A stretch of DNA of 64,000 nt. It comes from Syntrophales bacterium. GTDB lineage: Bacteria; Desulfobacterota; Syntrophia; Syntrophales; PHBD01. Positions 9,402 through 18,569 of the stretch are shown here, piece after piece; the first letter of the stretch is position 1; each line of letters starts with the position of its first letter. The notes below the pieces were generated by a model. It ran no database searches, had not been told where the DNA came from, and worked only from the letters and a program-made list of their open reading frames with translations. The stretch is taken from assembly GCA_963668175.1 (NCBI GenBank), contig OY764159.1:3136001-3200000 (forward strand), in the 5' to 3' direction. Position numbers and translations under genes: made by a program.

Positions 9402-10625
9402 CTACACTTCCGGCAGCCCTTTCACCGCCGTAAAGAATTTTCTGAACGGCTGGTAGATGTCTTTCGCGAGGGTTTGGCGGGCGGGGTCCCGGCTTTGCCG
9501 CCAGGCCGCAAGCGCTTCTCCGGCGGTGCTCGCGGCTTTCGCAGATTCAACATACGTCGCCGCCGCAACGGCGGGCCTGTCGTTTCCGTCCAGCAGTTTT
9601 TCAAACCTGCCGCTTATATCGTCGAAGTAATCCTTTAAATCCTTTCCTTCGATCTTTTCGGGCGGCCGGTCCGTCCGGTCGACCTCGACGCTTTTGATCT
9701 CGCCCGGCGCTGCGCTTGCAAAGGCCGCCAGCACCGGGATGACGGCGTCGAGCACGCCCGGCAAGAGCCCTGCGGACTCCAGGCTGACGGCGATCCTGTC
9801 CGGGCTTTTCTGGACGATGTACCGGTCCCCCAAGGTTTGGGACAGAGCCCGCTCGACGGGGAAGAGGTGCCCCCAGCGTCCGTTGGCGAACACGACGGCG
9901 ATCTGCTCGCGCCGCTTGCTTTTCAGGTCGGCCAGATAGGCGACGACCGCTCTCCCGTTCGCCTTGACAAGCTCCGGGGGAACGTTGACCAGGGGGTTGC
10001 CGTACATTTCGATGGTGACGATGTCCGTGAGGTTGCCGATTTCCAGCGGAAGCTCCGCAAGTCGGTTCTTGGGGAGGCGGAGCCTGTTGAGATTCGTGAG
10101 CCTGCCGAACTCCGGCGGCAGCGCCTCGATCCGGTTCGTGCCGAGGTCGAGCTCGATGAGCTTCGTGAGATTCCCGATCTCCGGCGGAACGGTTTCGATC
10201 CGGTTATAGCCGAGGTGAAGCCCCGTGAGGTTTGCGAGGTTGCCGATCTCCGTCGGGATCGCCTCGATATGGTTGTTGTTGAGGTAAAGCGCCGTCAGCT
10301 TTTCGAGGCCGCCGATCTCGGGCGGGATCGTCCCGATCCGGTTGTTGCCCAGATCCAGCACGGCAAGATTTTTGAGGCCGCCCAACTCCTTCGGAATCGC
10401 CTCGATATGGTTCCCGCCCAGGTACAGGTCGGTCAGGTTCTTAAGATTCGCGATTTCCGGAGGGATCGCCGTAATCGTGTTCCAGCCGAGCTTGAGGGTC
10501 GTCAGCTGCGTGAGCGCGCACAGCTCCGCCGGGAATTCCGTCAACTGCTGGCCGTAAAGGGATATGGCCGTCGCCCCTTCGCTGCGGGCCTTGTCGATTA
10601 GTTCGAGAAGATCTTTTTTCTCCAC
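9402..10625 (-). CDS. leucine-rich repeat protein with an unknown C-terminal domain
   Basis: About 8-9 tandem 23-aa LRRs (LxxLxLxxNxIxxIPxEIGxL), closed by GNPLVNVPPEL; GTG start. Confidence 0.9.
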   Translation of the reverse strand: MEKKDLLELIDKARSEGATAISLYGQQLTEFPAELCALTQLTTLKLGWNTITAIPPEIANLKNLTDLYLGGNHIEAIPKELGGLKNLAVLDLGNNRIGTIPPEIGGLEKLTALYLNNNHIEAIPTEIGNLANLTGLHLGYNRIETVPPEIGNLTKLIELDLGTNRIEALPPEFGRLTNLNRLRLPKNRLAELPLEIGNLTDIVTIEMYGNPLVNVPPELVKANGRAVVAYLADLKSKRREQIAVVFANGRWGHLFPVERALSQTLGDRYIVQKSPDRIAVSLESAGLLPGVLDAVIPVLAAFASAAPGEIKSVEVDRTDRPPEKIEGKDLKDYFDDISGRFEKLLDGNDRPAVAAATYVESAKAASTAGEALAAWRQSRDPARQTLAKDIYQPFRKFFTAVKGLPEV

Positions 10626-10795
10626 GCTTTACCTTCAATATATCCGGCGTTCGTCTCTTCCGGCAGCGCGGGCGAAATTAACCGACCGCGGCAGGTATCT
10701 CCCGGTCGAAAATAATAGGCCACAGCCCGGCGGAATGCAAACGGTTTCCGCATGCCCGCCGGGTCGCTTCTCGCAACCGGCCGGAAAAAAACAAC

Positions 10796-11371
10796 CTATC
10801 TGCACAGAATGTAATCCCGAACGGCGGGATCGTCGATGACCTGCCGCGTCACCGTATGAATGGCGTAAGCCGCCGCAGTGATACCGCTTATCGCATTATC
10901 CCTGGACTCGTAAGATTTGCTGAAATTCTTCTCCGGGATCGCCACGTTCATCTTATAATAACTTCCGAAGCTCCAGACTCCGGAGACGGACTTAATGTCC
11001 GACAAACTTATCCGGATAACCTTCGAAGATTTGACATCGCTGCGGATATTGCTCCGCTCGTAATTCTTCGCCATGTACAGGGCGACACTGTCCATCAAGT
11101 CCTTGGGAATGATACTGTTGGTAAAGGGCGGTTGTTCGATCGCGTCAAAGTCGTCCGTGCGCGTTTCCGCATTCTCTATCCTTACCGTCGGCGGCTCCTT
11201 GCATTTCGACAGGGAAGAAAGGTCTTGCACCTTCAGATTGTAACTTTTGTACAAATCGTCGATATCCAGCGTCTCGCTGATCGCCTTCGTGAAATGTTGC
11301 GCACAGCCTTGCAGAGAACAGAACAACAGAACGACAAACATACCGAATCCCATCTTGAAAAAAGGTTTCAT
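10796..11371 (-). CDS. hypothetical lipoprotein (paralogue of 11423-12001)
   Basis: Lipobox LQGC; C-terminus QVIDDPAVRDYILCR is shared with the neighbour. Confidence 0.7.
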   Translation of the reverse strand: MKPFFKMGFGMFVVLLFCSLQGCAQHFTKAISETLDIDDLYKSYNLKVQDLSSLSKCKEPPTVRIENAETRTDDFDAIEQPPFTNSIIPKDLMDSVALYMAKNYERSNIRSDVKSSKVIRISLSDIKSVSGVWSFGSYYKMNVAIPEKNFSKSYESRDNAISGITAAAYAIHTVTRQVIDDPAVRDYILCR

Positions 11372-11422
11372 CTTTATCCCCCCATTAAATATTGTTCGTA
11401 TGAACTCCGAATATGCTCGGCC

Positions 11423-12001
11423 TCACCTGCAAAGGATATAATCCTGGATGACCGGGTCGTTGATGACCTGCCACGTTGCGTCGTGGACCGCATAGACCAG
11501 CGCCCAATAAAGGTCCCCGGACGACTGCGACGCATAAAACGTGAACGTCTGCTGTTTTTCCGGGAGGAACACGTCGAGCTCGAGGTTGGCCGTGCTGTTG
11601 AACTTGAAGGCGCTGTTGGGGATTCCCTCGACTTTCCTGATGGATATCCGGAGCGTCTTCTTCGACTGCGGATTGTTCAGCACCCGGCATTGCCGGTAAT
11701 TGTCCCCGAGGAAATTGACGATGTGGCCCGTCAGTTCCCGCGGATTCTGCAGCCAGGACGGGCTGTACACCGCGCCGGGTACGATGTTGACGTCCTTGTC
11801 GGCCGTCTCGGCATTGACGAGATTGACGGCGACCTCGTCCGCGCATTTCGCTTTCTCCTTCAGGTTCGGGGGCTGCGTTCCGAACAGGTAACGTACTTCG
11901 GATGGACGCATGCTCCTGTTGACGTCCTCCTTGAAAGTCCTCTGAGCGCCGCAACCGGCCAGCATGACGATGCACAATACGAACAGAGACAGCTTTTTCA
12001 T
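11423..12001 (-). CDS. hypothetical lipoprotein (paralogue of 10796-11371)
   Basis: MKKLS...LAGC lipobox; C-terminus QVINDPVIQDYILCR. Confidence 0.7.
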   Translation of the reverse strand: MKKLSLFVLCIVMLAGCGAQRTFKEDVNRSMRPSEVRYLFGTQPPNLKEKAKCADEVAVNLVNAETADKDVNIVPGAVYSPSWLQNPRELTGHIVNFLGDNYRQCRVLNNPQSKKTLRISIRKVEGIPNSAFKFNSTANLELDVFLPEKQQTFTFYASQSSGDLYWALVYAVHDATWQVINDPVIQDYILCR

Positions 12002-12343
12002 TTTCCCCCCCATGAATGCGTTAGGAAATCCTATATCTTCCCCGCCGGTCCGAAAACGGCCGACGGGTCTTCCTTCGATGACTGTTTGACACTATTGCGT
12101 ATATATGCATGAAAAACGGAGCCAAGTAAAAGGTAATTTTCCATATTTACCGATATTACAGCGATGTATTATCATTTATTACAATTCATATCGTTACACT
12201 ATATTGACACTTGCTGCATTTTATGTTCTCTGTCGATTAAACTTATATTTTTTGGGCAGTTTCGATTGCGCGTCGCGTCACGGACGGCAGGGATTTCCTG
12301 TTCGATGATCATTTAACACTTCAACATTCCAGCGGGGGGCGGC

Positions 12344-13081
12344 ATGAAAAAGCGAATATGGATTGTTTTATTATCTCTTGGCCTGCTTTTAACATTATCT
12401 GCGAGCGCTATGGCGGACGAAAAACCCAAGTCCGGCGATTCGCTCGGCCTCTACATCGCGGCCACCGGCGGCGTCACCTTCCCGTCGACCATGTCTACAT
12501 CGATCATCAACACCACGTCGGGTGGCATCATTTTGGACAGGGATATAACCCTGAATTCGGGCTGGTTTGCGGGCGCCAAACTCGGCTGGCAGACATCGTT
12601 CACGAAAAAATGGCTGGCGATCGAAGCGGAATACAATCATGCGGAGAATACCTTCGACTCGGGAACGCCCTATAGCACTTCGGGTATCGATTATAACTAC
12701 GACGGCAAGGTCAAAATCGATTCGGGCATGCTGAACCTCATCGGCCGCTATCCGGAAGGCAAAATCCATCCTTATATCGGCGCCGGCGCGGGGTATGCCA
12801 GCATTCAGCTCGACGAAATCCGCCGCTCGTTTGTCGGCATCACCGTTCGTAATATGGCAGGCGGCTCCAAAGGCGTTTTTGCCTATCAGTTCATGTGCGG
12901 CTTCGATTTCGAACTCACGGACCATATCTACATGGGCGTCGGCTACAAATACTTCATAGCCAACAAGGCCCAATTCGACACGACGATTACTTCACCCTAT
13001 TCAACTTCTTCCGACCCGGGAACGGTCGAAGTGGACTACAAGGCCCACGTTATCGCCTTCACCGTCGGATTCATGTTTTAA
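12344..13081 (+). CDS. outer-membrane beta-barrel protein (OmpA-like/opacity porin family)
   Basis: Signal peptide, amphipathic beta strands (PYIGAGAGY, FAYQ, GVGYKYF) and C-terminal Phe. Confidence 0.85.
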   Translation: MKKRIWIVLLSLGLLLTLSASAMADEKPKSGDSLGLYIAATGGVTFPSTMSTSIINTTSGGIILDRDITLNSGWFAGAKLGWQTSFTKKWLAIEAEYNHAENTFDSGTPYSTSGIDYNYDGKVKIDSGMLNLIGRYPEGKIHPYIGAGAGYASIQLDEIRRSFVGITVRNMAGGSKGVFAYQFMCGFDFELTDHIYMGVGYKYFIANKAQFDTTITSPYSTSSDPGTVEVDYKAHVIAFTVGFMF

Positions 13082-13104
13082 CTTTCCGCCCGTTGACTTC
13101 ACAG

Positions 13105-13133
13105 GAGCCCTCCCCCGGGAGGGCTCTTTCTTT
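13105..13133 (+). terminator. rho-independent terminator
   Basis: gagccctccc/gggagggctc stem followed by tttcttt. Confidence 0.7.
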
Positions 13134-13403
13134 ATCGAGCAACCGGCAAATCAGGAATCCCGCATCCGACGGCTCCTGCCCGCGTCCTCCGGGCTCGTAA
13201 GCGGCATCGCGATATATCCATTGTTTGAGATTTTCCCGATCCTCCGAAGGCCGCCGCCTGTCTCTCATCTATAGTGAATATTTTTTCCTTTTCCATTGAC
13301 ACATAAAGCCGCCGATTTTAAAATCATACTTATCAAGGCTTGTTTTCAGTCCGTATCGATTCCTTAACGCCCCATCGACCCACCGCAACGAAAGGAGCAC
13401 TCG

Positions 13404-13793
13404 ATGAAAAAGACGATCGCCCTGCTGTCCATCGCCATCTTTGCAACGACCATCCTGGCCTTCGCCGCCGAGGACGCCAAACAAGAACTGCGTCCGGCCC
13501 AGAAAGCGATGCGGGCCCGTTCCGCCTGGCTGGCGGCCATGAACAAGAACCTTGCGGCCAAAGATTATGCGGCCGTTTCCAAGGATGCCAAGGCCCTGTC
13601 GGAGCAGACCAAGAAGGCCGGCGACGGCCTTGCCAACCCTCTCGCCAAAGAGCTGACCCTGGCTATTTCGTCGCTGGCGGAGGAGGCCGCCGCTGCCGCC
13701 GACAAGAAGGACGGCAAGACCGTCCAGGCAAAACTGGACGGGATCAAGGGCAAGTGCGGCGAGTGCCACGCCAAGATCCGCGACAAGAAATAG
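13404..13793 (+). CDS. class II cytochrome c (cytochrome c'/c556-like four-helix bundle)
   Basis: Signal peptide, Ala/Lys-rich helices and a single C-terminal heme motif CGECH. Confidence 0.85.
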   Translation: MKKTIALLSIAIFATTILAFAAEDAKQELRPAQKAMRARSAWLAAMNKNLAAKDYAAVSKDAKALSEQTKKAGDGLANPLAKELTLAISSLAEEAAAAADKKDGKTVQAKLDGIKGKCGECHAKIRDKK

Positions 13794-13819
13794 CGTCGAC
13801 CGCATTTGACGCATCATGC

Positions 13820-13860
13820 CGATGAGGCCGCAGTGTGCATATACACTTACGGCCTCATCG
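13820..13860 (+). terminator. stem-loop after the cytochrome gene
   Basis: cgatgaggccg...cggcctcatcg 11-bp stem with an inner agtgt/acact pair and a T-rich tail nearby. Confidence 0.55.
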
Positions 13861-13992
13861 TGTTCATTTTTTCACTTCGCTGCCGCCATTTGCGCTGTCA
13901 ACCCATTTCGGCGCGCCACCCGGCACTTGACACAAATCCAACTGGCTGTTAAGATTACTCTATCCAATGTTCATGTATCCTGTGAGGTGACG

Positions 13993-16287
13993 ATGAGACG
14001 AGGGTTGTTGTATGCGGCCATGATTCCTATCCTTTTCTGGTGCATTCTTGCGGCTGCTGCTGGTGCGACGGACCGTCTGCCGCCGCCTGATTTTCCGCTC
14101 ATGGAGGCGGTCAAAAAGGGCGACGCCAAGAACGTCCGGAGCCTCCTTGAAAGCGCATCTTTTAATAAGGCCGATATAGACAGGAAGGGTATAAGCGGCG
14201 AAACGGCCCTCACCGTCGCCGCCGGGGACGGCAACCTTGAAATCGTTCAGCTTCTCGTGGAACACGGCGCCGCGGTCGATGCGGGGAAAGACGGAGCAAG
14301 AACGCCGCTGATCGAGGCTTCCGGCCAGGGATACGTCAAGATCGTCCAATACCTCATCGAAAAAGGCGCCGACGTCAACGCGAGGGGCGGCGGCATTACG
14401 GCTCTCCTTGCGGCGAGCCGCAACGACGTCTTCCCTTTCAAACCCAAAGGCAACAGGAAGCGGACGATGGCGGCTCTCCTTTCGGCCGGCGCGGATGTCA
14501 ACGTACAGGACGAATCGTGGATGAAGACAGGCCGGACGCCCCTCATGTTCGCCGTAACGCAGGGGGATGCCGCCGCGGTGCAGAGCTTCCTCGCCAAAGG
14601 TGCGAAACTCGATGTAAAAGACAGCAACGGTGACACGGCCATGGCCATCGCCAAGGAGGCCCGGCTTGAATATATCGTATCGCTTCTCGAAAAGGCGGAG
14701 AAGGGACCTATTGAAGCGCCGCCCGCCGGCCCCGAACTGCCGCCTATCTTCGATGCCGTCAGGGAAAACAGTCTGAGCAAAGTGAAAGCCCTCCTCAAGG
14801 GCGGAGAGGATGTCGACCGGCGGACCCCCAGCGGCAGCACGCCGCTGATGTTTGCGGCGGACGGCGGCAATGCGGAAATCGCCCGGTATCTCATAAAAGA
14901 AGGCGCCGACGTCAATGCCGGAAACGGCATGAACAACACGGCGCTCATCTTCGCGGCGACCAAGGGCCATGCCAACATTGCGGCCGATCTCCTGCGGAAG
15001 AAGGCGGACGTCAACGCCCGGAACCTAAGCCGCGGCGACGCCCTGATCTATGCCGTGATCCATAACAAGGCCGACGTCGTCCGCATCCTTTTGAAGAGCG
15101 GCGCCGATATCGACCGCACCTATGACGACGGCAAGACGGCCCTCATCGCGGCCGTGGCCGAAGGCAACGAGGGTATCGCCCGCCAACTCATCGCCCGCGG
15201 GGCGGAAATCGATGCGGCCGACAGGAACGGCGTCACCGCCCTGATGGTCGCCTCCATCAAAGGCCAAGCGGAAATGGTCGATGCGTTCATTAAGGCCGGG
15301 GCGGATGTCCATATCAAGGACAAAAACGGGGAGACGGCCCTGGACAAGGCCGTGGCGGCCAACAGGCTCCCGATCGTCAAGAGACTGGCAGACGCGGCCG
15401 GACGCACCGGCCGGGAGCAGGCCCTCTTCGCCGCCGCCGGCAACGGCAACATGGAGATCGTCAAGCTTCTTCTGACCCGAGGCGTGGACGTGAACTCCGC
15501 AGGGCCCGGCGGGGAAACGCTCCTGATGCGGGCGGCCGCGGCGGACGACGACATGGTGAAGTATCTCGTCGGAAAGCACGCGGATGTCAACAGCCGCGAC
15601 TACGAAGGGAACACCGCCCTCATCAAAGCGGCAGGTTCTTTCTACAGCACCGCCGGCGTGACGGTCAGGTATCTCCTGGAGAACAGCGCCGATCCCAACG
15701 CGGCAAACAAGGACGGCGAGACGGCCCTGATCCTGGCGGCGAAAAGGGGCCGCATGGTTATGGCGGAAATGCTTCTCGACAAGAACGCTGCCGTCTTCCC
15801 GAAAGACAAGGCGGGCAAGACGGCCCTTGTCTATGCCATGGAAGGGGGCTATAACGACATCGCGGCTCGCCTGACCAAAGCAGGCGCAGCCAGAGATTAT
15901 AAGGGGATGAAATGGTCCGCTTTCGTCTCGAAGCAGAAGGAGCCGTTTATCAAGGTCGTGGACAATGCACAGGAATGGCATGCCCTCTGGAGCCGCGCCC
16001 TCGAAAAAACCGCGCCGGACATCGATTTCGACAAGTACGTTGTGGCCTGTGTCTTCCTGGGTTACTACGCAAAGTGGCTTTACGCCATCAACATCGGCGA
16101 ACCCGTCATGGAGGACGGCCGGATGGTCGTGCCCTACGGCCTTTTAGATATTGAATTGCGGCTTTCCGGCCCCTTCGAGGCCTCCGGGCAGTACGCCATG
16201 AAGGTCCTGGAGAAAAAACCGGGCGTATCGTACGTCGTGGAAGAGCGGCCTGCGCGGACTCGGCGGCACCCTCCGGCGCTCCGTTGA
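13993..16287 (+). CDS. exported ankyrin-repeat protein with a C-terminal PrcB-like domain
   Basis: Signal peptide from MRRGLL (RBS gaggtg). More than 15 GxT(A/P)LxxA...GADVN repeats. C-terminal EWHALW...PDIDFDKYVVACVFLG. Confidence 0.85.
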   Translation: MRRGLLYAAMIPILFWCILAAAAGATDRLPPPDFPLMEAVKKGDAKNVRSLLESASFNKADIDRKGISGETALTVAAGDGNLEIVQLLVEHGAAVDAGKDGARTPLIEASGQGYVKIVQYLIEKGADVNARGGGITALLAASRNDVFPFKPKGNRKRTMAALLSAGADVNVQDESWMKTGRTPLMFAVTQGDAAAVQSFLAKGAKLDVKDSNGDTAMAIAKEARLEYIVSLLEKAEKGPIEAPPAGPELPPIFDAVRENSLSKVKALLKGGEDVDRRTPSGSTPLMFAADGGNAEIARYLIKEGADVNAGNGMNNTALIFAATKGHANIAADLLRKKADVNARNLSRGDALIYAVIHNKADVVRILLKSGADIDRTYDDGKTALIAAVAEGNEGIARQLIARGAEIDAADRNGVTALMVASIKGQAEMVDAFIKAGADVHIKDKNGETALDKAVAANRLPIVKRLADAAGRTGREQALFAAAGNGNMEIVKLLLTRGVDVNSAGPGGETLLMRAAAADDDMVKYLVGKHADVNSRDYEGNTALIKAAGSFYSTAGVTVRYLLENSADPNAANKDGETALILAAKRGRMVMAEMLLDKNAAVFPKDKAGKTALVYAMEGGYNDIAARLTKAGAARDYKGMKWSAFVSKQKEPFIKVVDNAQEWHALWSRALEKTAPDIDFDKYVVACVFLGYYAKWLYAINIGEPVMEDGRMVVPYGLLDIELRLSGPFEASGQYAMKVLEKKPGVSYVVEERPARTRRHPPALR

Positions 16288-16420
16288 TCCATCCCCGGAT
16301 CATAAGCGGCGATGGCTCGTCGTTATGGCGGTGTTTGAATGAAGCCCATACGGGTCAATACTCCTCCGGAATACATCCGGCAGGATACGATATGAAAAGA
16401 TAACACGAGGAGATCAATCT

Positions 16421-16846
16421 ATGCATCTATCAGACAAGTCTTACACCGGCACCGCCGTCAGTCTTGCCGTCTGCCTGTTCCTGTTTGCCGGCATGCCCCT
16501 GAAGACCGCCGCAGCGGCAGAGGCGGCATCCGCCGAAAGTTCGCGGAACCCGATAGTCGAAGCGAAAAAGACCTTTGACGTCGAGATGAAGAAAGCCAAA
16601 ACCGCCTTCCTGGAAGCAATCAGACAGGCCCGGAGGGATTACCGCGAGGCGGTGCGGAAGGCCAGGGAAGATTTGCAGAACACGAAAGAATCTTCTTCGG
16701 ACAAGGCGAAGGAGTTGCGGCAAAGCAGCAACGACGCGATCAAGACGGCCAAGGAAGATATGAAGAAGGCGCAGCAATCGGCCAAGGAAGAATGGGAGAA
16801 GGCCAAGGCGGAAGCCAAAAGGAAATTCGACAGCGCTATAAAGTGA
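16421..16846 (+). CDS. exported Lys/Ala-rich coiled-coil protein
   Basis: RBS gaggag, signal peptide and charged helical body. Confidence 0.65.
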   Translation: MHLSDKSYTGTAVSLAVCLFLFAGMPLKTAAAAEAASAESSRNPIVEAKKTFDVEMKKAKTAFLEAIRQARRDYREAVRKAREDLQNTKESSSDKAKELRQSSNDAIKTAKEDMKKAQQSAKEEWEKAKAEAKRKFDSAIK

Positions 16847-17053
16847 TTCCGCGATTTCTCTATCGGTTTTGAGGCATCTAGGATCACGGTAAGACGTTGA
16901 GATTATTCAGCGATCGTCAGAGACATATAGTGACTTTGTTTTACGATTCGCCGACATCCGGGATAACTGATAACTGTCACTCTCAGCTACACGAAGAATC
17001 GGCCGGGAATCGTTTCATGTCATGGTCCACTGCTCTAGTATTAATGCTGGAAA

Positions 17054-18010
17054 TCAACCATAAGCAGGCGATTGCTGCTGTTTCTCAAGGTTACCAATGG
17101 CAGCCCTGATCATGGGATACAGCGTGAGATCCATTCTATGACGGTCGTGAAGCGTTCTCAATCGAACGAGAGCTTCCGGGAAGGACCGTTGAAGTGTGAT
17201 ACAGTAGCCCACTCCGATTTCTAACTGGTCTTCATGGTTGCTGTACAATTGGCACAGGCAGTGCCAGTCGTCGATCGCCATGTTAATTATTTCATGGTAA
17301 CGATTCTGTTGATCCGCAAGCCCCCTATCAATCGCTCCAACGATGTCCTCGGCGGTCGTTGTGCCGGATAACTCTATGATAGGAGGTAAATCCCTAAAGT
17401 TCATACGCCGCAACAACGACACGAGGTGGCCCCTTGCTTCCGGCGCCAGCATCAAATACTCCTCCGCAACCGCCCTGGAATAGTATGCGATATAGGATGT
17501 GTATTTCGTTTCGAATAGTTCTTCCACTTTTGCTTCCGTGAACTCCGGCACTTTATAGTTTTTTATATTATCTAAACTTGAGGCGATCTCATTCGTTACG
17601 GTTTGTTTCAGAGTCTGGAAATGGTTTTCAAGAGAATCTTTACCCGAATTTATCGATTCCGTTACCTTATCATCCATGATGGAGAAACGATTCTCTATGT
17701 TTCTGATAGTTTCAATTTCTCTTGTTATAAATTCTCTTTGATTCTTTGCCGCGCTGTTGCCTGTAATGGCAATACCGATACTAAATGCACTAACAATAAA
17801 TGTCATGAAGAAACCGTAGACCGTTATCGTATTGTCGAGACGCTTAATAGCGAGTTCAAAGAACTTTTCATTGGTCAGATTAGCCTTTTCGTTGGCTGTC
17901 CTGGCAGGCGGGTCGATCAATCCACGGTCAGCGCATGAGGAACTGATGCAATACAATAAGGACAGGAAACATATAAAACCAGTTAAAAAACATATATATC
18001 TCGGCATCAT
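17054..18010 (-). CDS. hypothetical membrane-anchored coiled-coil protein
   Basis: Signal-like N-terminus, one further TM helix and a helical C-terminus. ATGA overlap with the upstream receiver gene; AT-rich. Confidence 0.6.
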   Translation of the reverse strand: MMPRYICFLTGFICFLSLLYCISSSCADRGLIDPPARTANEKANLTNEKFFELAIKRLDNTITVYGFFMTFIVSAFSIGIAITGNSAAKNQREFITREIETIRNIENRFSIMDDKVTESINSGKDSLENHFQTLKQTVTNEIASSLDNIKNYKVPEFTEAKVEELFETKYTSYIAYYSRAVAEEYLMLAPEARGHLVSLLRRMNFRDLPPIIELSGTTTAEDIVGAIDRGLADQQNRYHEIINMAIDDWHCLCQLYSNHEDQLEIGVGYCITLQRSFPEALVRLRTLHDRHRMDLTLYPMIRAAIGNLEKQQQSPAYG

Positions 18011-18552
18011 GGTATTTTTTTCTCCAGTCTGTCGAAGGCTATGCGCAAGCTATCTTTATTCATATCCCTTTTGCATAGATGAAAAATTCTCGGGACACCA
18101 TGTGCATCCCGCAATTTTCTTTCTATCACATCATACCTCTGTCGATATAACGGCTTTTCCGTCACCGTCAGGAAAAGAACCAGCGGTGGCGGCGACCATG
18201 TCCAATTGACAGTAACGTCTTCGCTGTCCGGCCCTCTCATTTGGAGAATCACCCTCTCATAGAAGACCAGTCCCGCGTCGGTGCCGTTCCCTTCCGTACG
18301 AAACAGCAATTCTTTATCGCCCTCGTGCCATTCCCGGGGAGATGCAACGAGAGGCGTGCCCATCATCATGACGTCCAGGATAAGCCCAAACCTTCCAAGC
18401 CTATTCGGATCCTTTTTCTTTATCTCGACAAGAAAGGTTGTAAATCTGGCGATATTCGAAAATACGTCTATTATTCTTACACCAAGATCTCCTAGTGTCT
18501 TTTTTGTGCCTTCAACCGTTGATTGTTGATCCTCCAGCCAAAGCCATTCCAT
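18007..18552 (-). CDS. stand-alone, divergent response-regulator receiver domain
   Basis: WLWLED, LILDVMM, AGLVFY and VLFLT motifs. RBS ggaggtg precedes ATG 18552. Confidence 0.7.
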   Translation of the reverse strand: MEWLWLEDQQSTVEGTKKTLGDLGVRIIDVFSNIARFTTFLVEIKKKDPNRLGRFGLILDVMMMGTPLVASPREWHEGDKELLFRTEGNGTDAGLVFYERVILQMRGPDSEDVTVNWTWSPPPLVLFLTVTEKPLYRQRYDVIERKLRDAHGVPRIFHLCKRDMNKDSLRIAFDRLEKKIP

Positions 18553-18569
18553 ACAACCGCACCTCCTTG

